A program made the translations under genes and the position numbers. Positions 61,578 through 64,000 of a stretch of 64,000 nt of DNA are shown in pieces. Position 1 is the stretch's first letter. Each line of letters starts with the position of its first letter. Under the pieces are notes generated by a model that searched no databases, was not told where the DNA came from, and saw nothing but the letters and a program-made list of their open reading frames with translations. The DNA is from Candidatus Poribacteria bacterium (lineage in GTDB: Bacteria > Poribacteria > WGA-4E > PCPOR2b): positions 1,792,001 through 1,856,000 of the forward strand of contig OZ244587.1 of NCBI GenBank assembly GCA_965218095.1, read 5' to 3'.

Positions 61578-62435
61578 TTATCCTCCTTCAAAACTAGTAA
61601 TCAAGTCCTTGCAGTATTTCATCGCAATCGGCAACAGTTCCGCTTCGCTAGGCGGCCCTAAATGTTCAGGTTGCACCACGCCCCGGTAGCCGATGTCGCA
61701 TAACCCCCGCATCACCTGCTTGATCTTCGCTATTCCCTTTCCCGGAAATACCTCCAACGCATAGGCGTCTCGTTCAAATTCTTCGCGCTTGACGTTTTTC
61801 ACGCTTTTCCAATCCCCTGTCACGTCCCGGATATGCACCATGTGTATCCGCTCTTTGAACGCTTCTAGCCCCTCCAATGGGTCATCGCCGCAGATAGCCA
61901 TGATGCCCGGGTCATAGCAGATACCGTTGTGAATATCTGGAAGTTCCGCAAAAGAACGTGCGAAGAAAGCGTTCCCGTCCACCAGTCCTATCGGCGGAAA
62001 GAAGCCATGCATGGCGATGTTGACATCTGCTTCCCCCGCCGCCTCAATGACATACCGGTAATGATCGACGAAAAACGGCCACAGGGCTTCTCTATCCGAA
62101 TTCGCTTCGACCCGCTCTAGCATAAACAGCAGCAACGTTGGAACGCCTGCTTTTCTCATCGCGTGGATAGTCTTGACCCTGTTGTGGAGGTCCTCGTTAT
62201 CCTGCGGGGTTCTACCGATGACCGGTATGGGTCTCTCCACCAACACGGAACACGAAATCCCGCCTTTGTCGAGGATTTCCAGGGTTTCTGAGATGGCGTC
62301 TGGCTCCAGATATCCCTTCTCATCGCAGTCGGGAATTTGACTGCATTCCATAATCGCCGTGTCAACGCCCAATCTGTGGCAATATTCAATGGAATCTTGG
62401 GCGCTTCTAAACGGTCTTGCTCCTACCTTCATCAT
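61578..62435 (-). CDS. Xylose-isomerase-like TIM barrel (sugar phosphate isomerase / mannonate dehydratase-like)
   Basis: GICYDPG, IHMVHIRD, PGKG, GYRGVVQPEH; RBS AAGGAGG. Confidence 0.82.
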   Translation of the reverse strand: MMKVGARPFRSAQDSIEYCHRLGVDTAIMECSQIPDCDEKGYLEPDAISETLEILDKGGISCSVLVERPIPVIGRTPQDNEDLHNRVKTIHAMRKAGVPTLLLFMLERVEANSDREALWPFFVDHYRYVIEAAGEADVNIAMHGFFPPIGLVDGNAFFARSFAELPDIHNGICYDPGIMAICGDDPLEGLEAFKERIHMVHIRDVTGDWKSVKNVKREEFERDAYALEVFPGKGIAKIKQVMRGLCDIGYRGVVQPEHLGPPSEAELLPIAMKYCKDLITSFEGG

Positions 62436-62772
62436 CTGCCTCCTTCGAGCGGAAACCTTGGATTCGCGCTTCGGTAGTCTGTTCCTCCTTGGGCATAATG
62501 TCAATTTGCACATCAGCATCCAGTGTTTCTGCACTCTTTTTCAAGGTACTGAGGGTACATTTCCCGTGATTTTCTAATCGACTGATTACAGGCGCACTGG
62601 TATTCATCTTTGCGGCTAACTGCGTTTGCGTCAGTCCACGACGCTTCCTCAATTGTGCGATTTTGACGGCAAGTCGCAGTTTATCAAGGCCCTCGTAGAA
62701 TGATTCTACCACTTCTGGGTCTTTCAACTGCTCTTCAAGAAACATCTGGGCATTGTTTTTGTTGTCTGTCAT
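62407..62772 (-). CDS. XRE-family HTH antitoxin (HigA-like)
   Basis: IAQLRKRRGLTQTQLAAKMNTSAPVISRLE. Confidence 0.85.
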   Translation of the reverse strand: MTDNKNNAQMFLEEQLKDPEVVESFYEGLDKLRLAVKIAQLRKRRGLTQTQLAAKMNTSAPVISRLENHGKCTLSTLKKSAETLDADVQIDIMPKEEQTTEARIQGFRSKEADDEGRSKTV

Positions 62773-62775
62773 GTT

Positions 62776-62900
62776 CTAACCCTCTTTCTGCTGTTGGTCA
62801 TCTTTCATTCGTTCCATCGCAATTCGGATTTCTCTTTTCGGAAGTTTCTGGCTTCGTTTTTGGAATGCGTGCAATGCGAAGGTTCCAAATCTCTGCAAGG
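62776..62900 (-). pseudogene. C-terminal remnant of a RelE/HigB (Gp49-like) toxin
   Basis: LHAFQKRSQKLPKREIRIAMERMKD directly upstream of the HTH gene; N-terminus is unrelated. Confidence 0.7.
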
Positions 62901-63034
62901 TTGGCTCCGCTGGTCCACACATTTCGGGGCGATATGCTTCTACTGCCTTGTCACACGCAAATTGACAGAATCGTAGTGACGAGTTTATTTGTTCTATAAG
63001 CAACTGAAGTCGTCACTACAAAATTCACAGCGTA

Positions 63035-64000
63035 CTACCGTCGTGGCGCCGACTTCAGGGCGGCGCGGGCCCAAGCAAGATTGCGTTTGGCATCTGTGTA
63101 GCCGGGTCGCAGCCGGACCGCCTCTTTGAAGTGCCGGATCGCTGCTGCGAAGTTGCCGCGCTTGCCCAAAGCGAAGCCAAGGTTGTTATGCGTTTTTGCG
63201 TGGTTCAGTCGAAGGTGTAGCGCTTCCTCGTAGTGTTGAATCGCTTCCTTGTACTCGCCCTGGAGCATCAGCGCGTCCGCGAGCATTCGATTGGCGTCGA
63301 AGTTCTCGCTATTCGCGCGCACTGCCTTTGAAAGGAGCTTAACGATTCGCTTGTAATCCTTTGAAGGGATCAGCATACTCGCCTGTCGGATGAGGGCACT
63401 GCTGACGAGCCCTCCTAGATTCTTCTCGCGCATTTCCTCAATGGCCGAGCTCGCGTCGGAGGAGAGTTCAAAATCAACCAGATTCGCGACAGGCTCAAGA
63501 TGTTCGCGCAGGTTGTCAAGGAGTGAGATTTCATTCCCCTCCGTTTCGTGCGCACGGCTTGTCGCGTAGTCGAGAACCGGGAGGTCATCCCGGTATAGGC
63601 GAGCGTCCGCCGCCAGGTCAGCTAGCCCGCGAGGGCCCATCAGGTGGCCGGCGAGAAGTACCTGCGGGCGATTGAGCCAATATTTAGAGCCACCCCAATA
63701 GCCGTACCGCAAGTCTCAATGGAGGCGCTCGTCGGACGACAGCCGCTTGAGGGCGGTTCTATGGAGTTTGACTTGCTCATCATTGACACCGATCAGCAGC
63801 AACTCCGAACTGTTAAACCACAGAACGCTCTGCGGGAAGGTATCAAGGAAGGTTCGCAGAAGGTTCGCAACACACTTCGGAACTGGTCGATCGTGAAAAC
63901 CGGAAACGGTACGAATTGGGCGAGGACACCGCTGATTTCTATCGTCGCGCCCGGGCGCGACGATAGAAATCAGCGGTGTAGAAGAACGCAACGCCGGGGC
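63035..64000 (-). pseudogene. Spermidine-synthase-like protein with C-terminal TPRs, multiply disrupted, runs off the window end
   Basis: FYTADFYRRARAR...GVLAQFVP, TFLDTFPQ, YRDDLPVLDY, TPRs; in-frame TGA at 63718-63716, 11-bp duplication at 63848-63869, 54-bp palindrome at 63926-63979. Confidence 0.75.

Noticed and set aside
3860-63718. Stop-codon reassignment or readthrough (TAG=Gln/Pyl, TGA=Sec/Trp) explaining the many in-frame stops
   Set aside because: TAG replaces different expected residues (Gln and Trp). Several affected genes also carry frameshifts, deletions or lost starts. Intact genes such as gmk and rsmA end normally at TAG, and coaBC at TGA.
1-64000. Prophage, rRNA or tRNA genes
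   Set aside because: No structural phage genes, integrase, rRNA-like tracts or tRNA cloverleaf motifs were recognised

Overview
Bacterial chromosomal window, about 50-55% GC. It is most consistent with Candidatus Poribacteria; this is inferred from multiple PhyH dioxygenase paralogues, BNR sialidase-like and HEAT/TPR proteins, and a C-terminal 'WGRIK' motif. A housekeeping backbone (pabB, rsmD, polyferredoxin, yicC, gmk, coaBC, rsmA, TPR-amidase, thiO, NAD synthetase) is interleaved with catabolic oxidoreductases and many decaying accessory genes. Main points: (1) The glutamine-dependent NAD synthetase is of the eukaryotic Qns1/NADSYN1 type. (2) A defence-like island (ABC/AAA ATPase, small PD-(D/E)xK-like protein, helicase-less type ISP/IIG RM enzyme) sits between gmk and coaBC. 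(3) A complete integron-type gene cassette with attC is present, with no integrase in the window. (4) Small repeats are dense, including TA-ended MITE-like shells carrying different REP cargo, and repeat units inserted in frame inside proteins. (5) Pseudogenisation is widespread, mostly through stops compatible with C:G to T:A changes, short tandem duplications, deletions and one perfected palindrome. No rRNA, tRNA or CRISPR array was seen. Family assignments come from motif recognition by eye, not from database searches.
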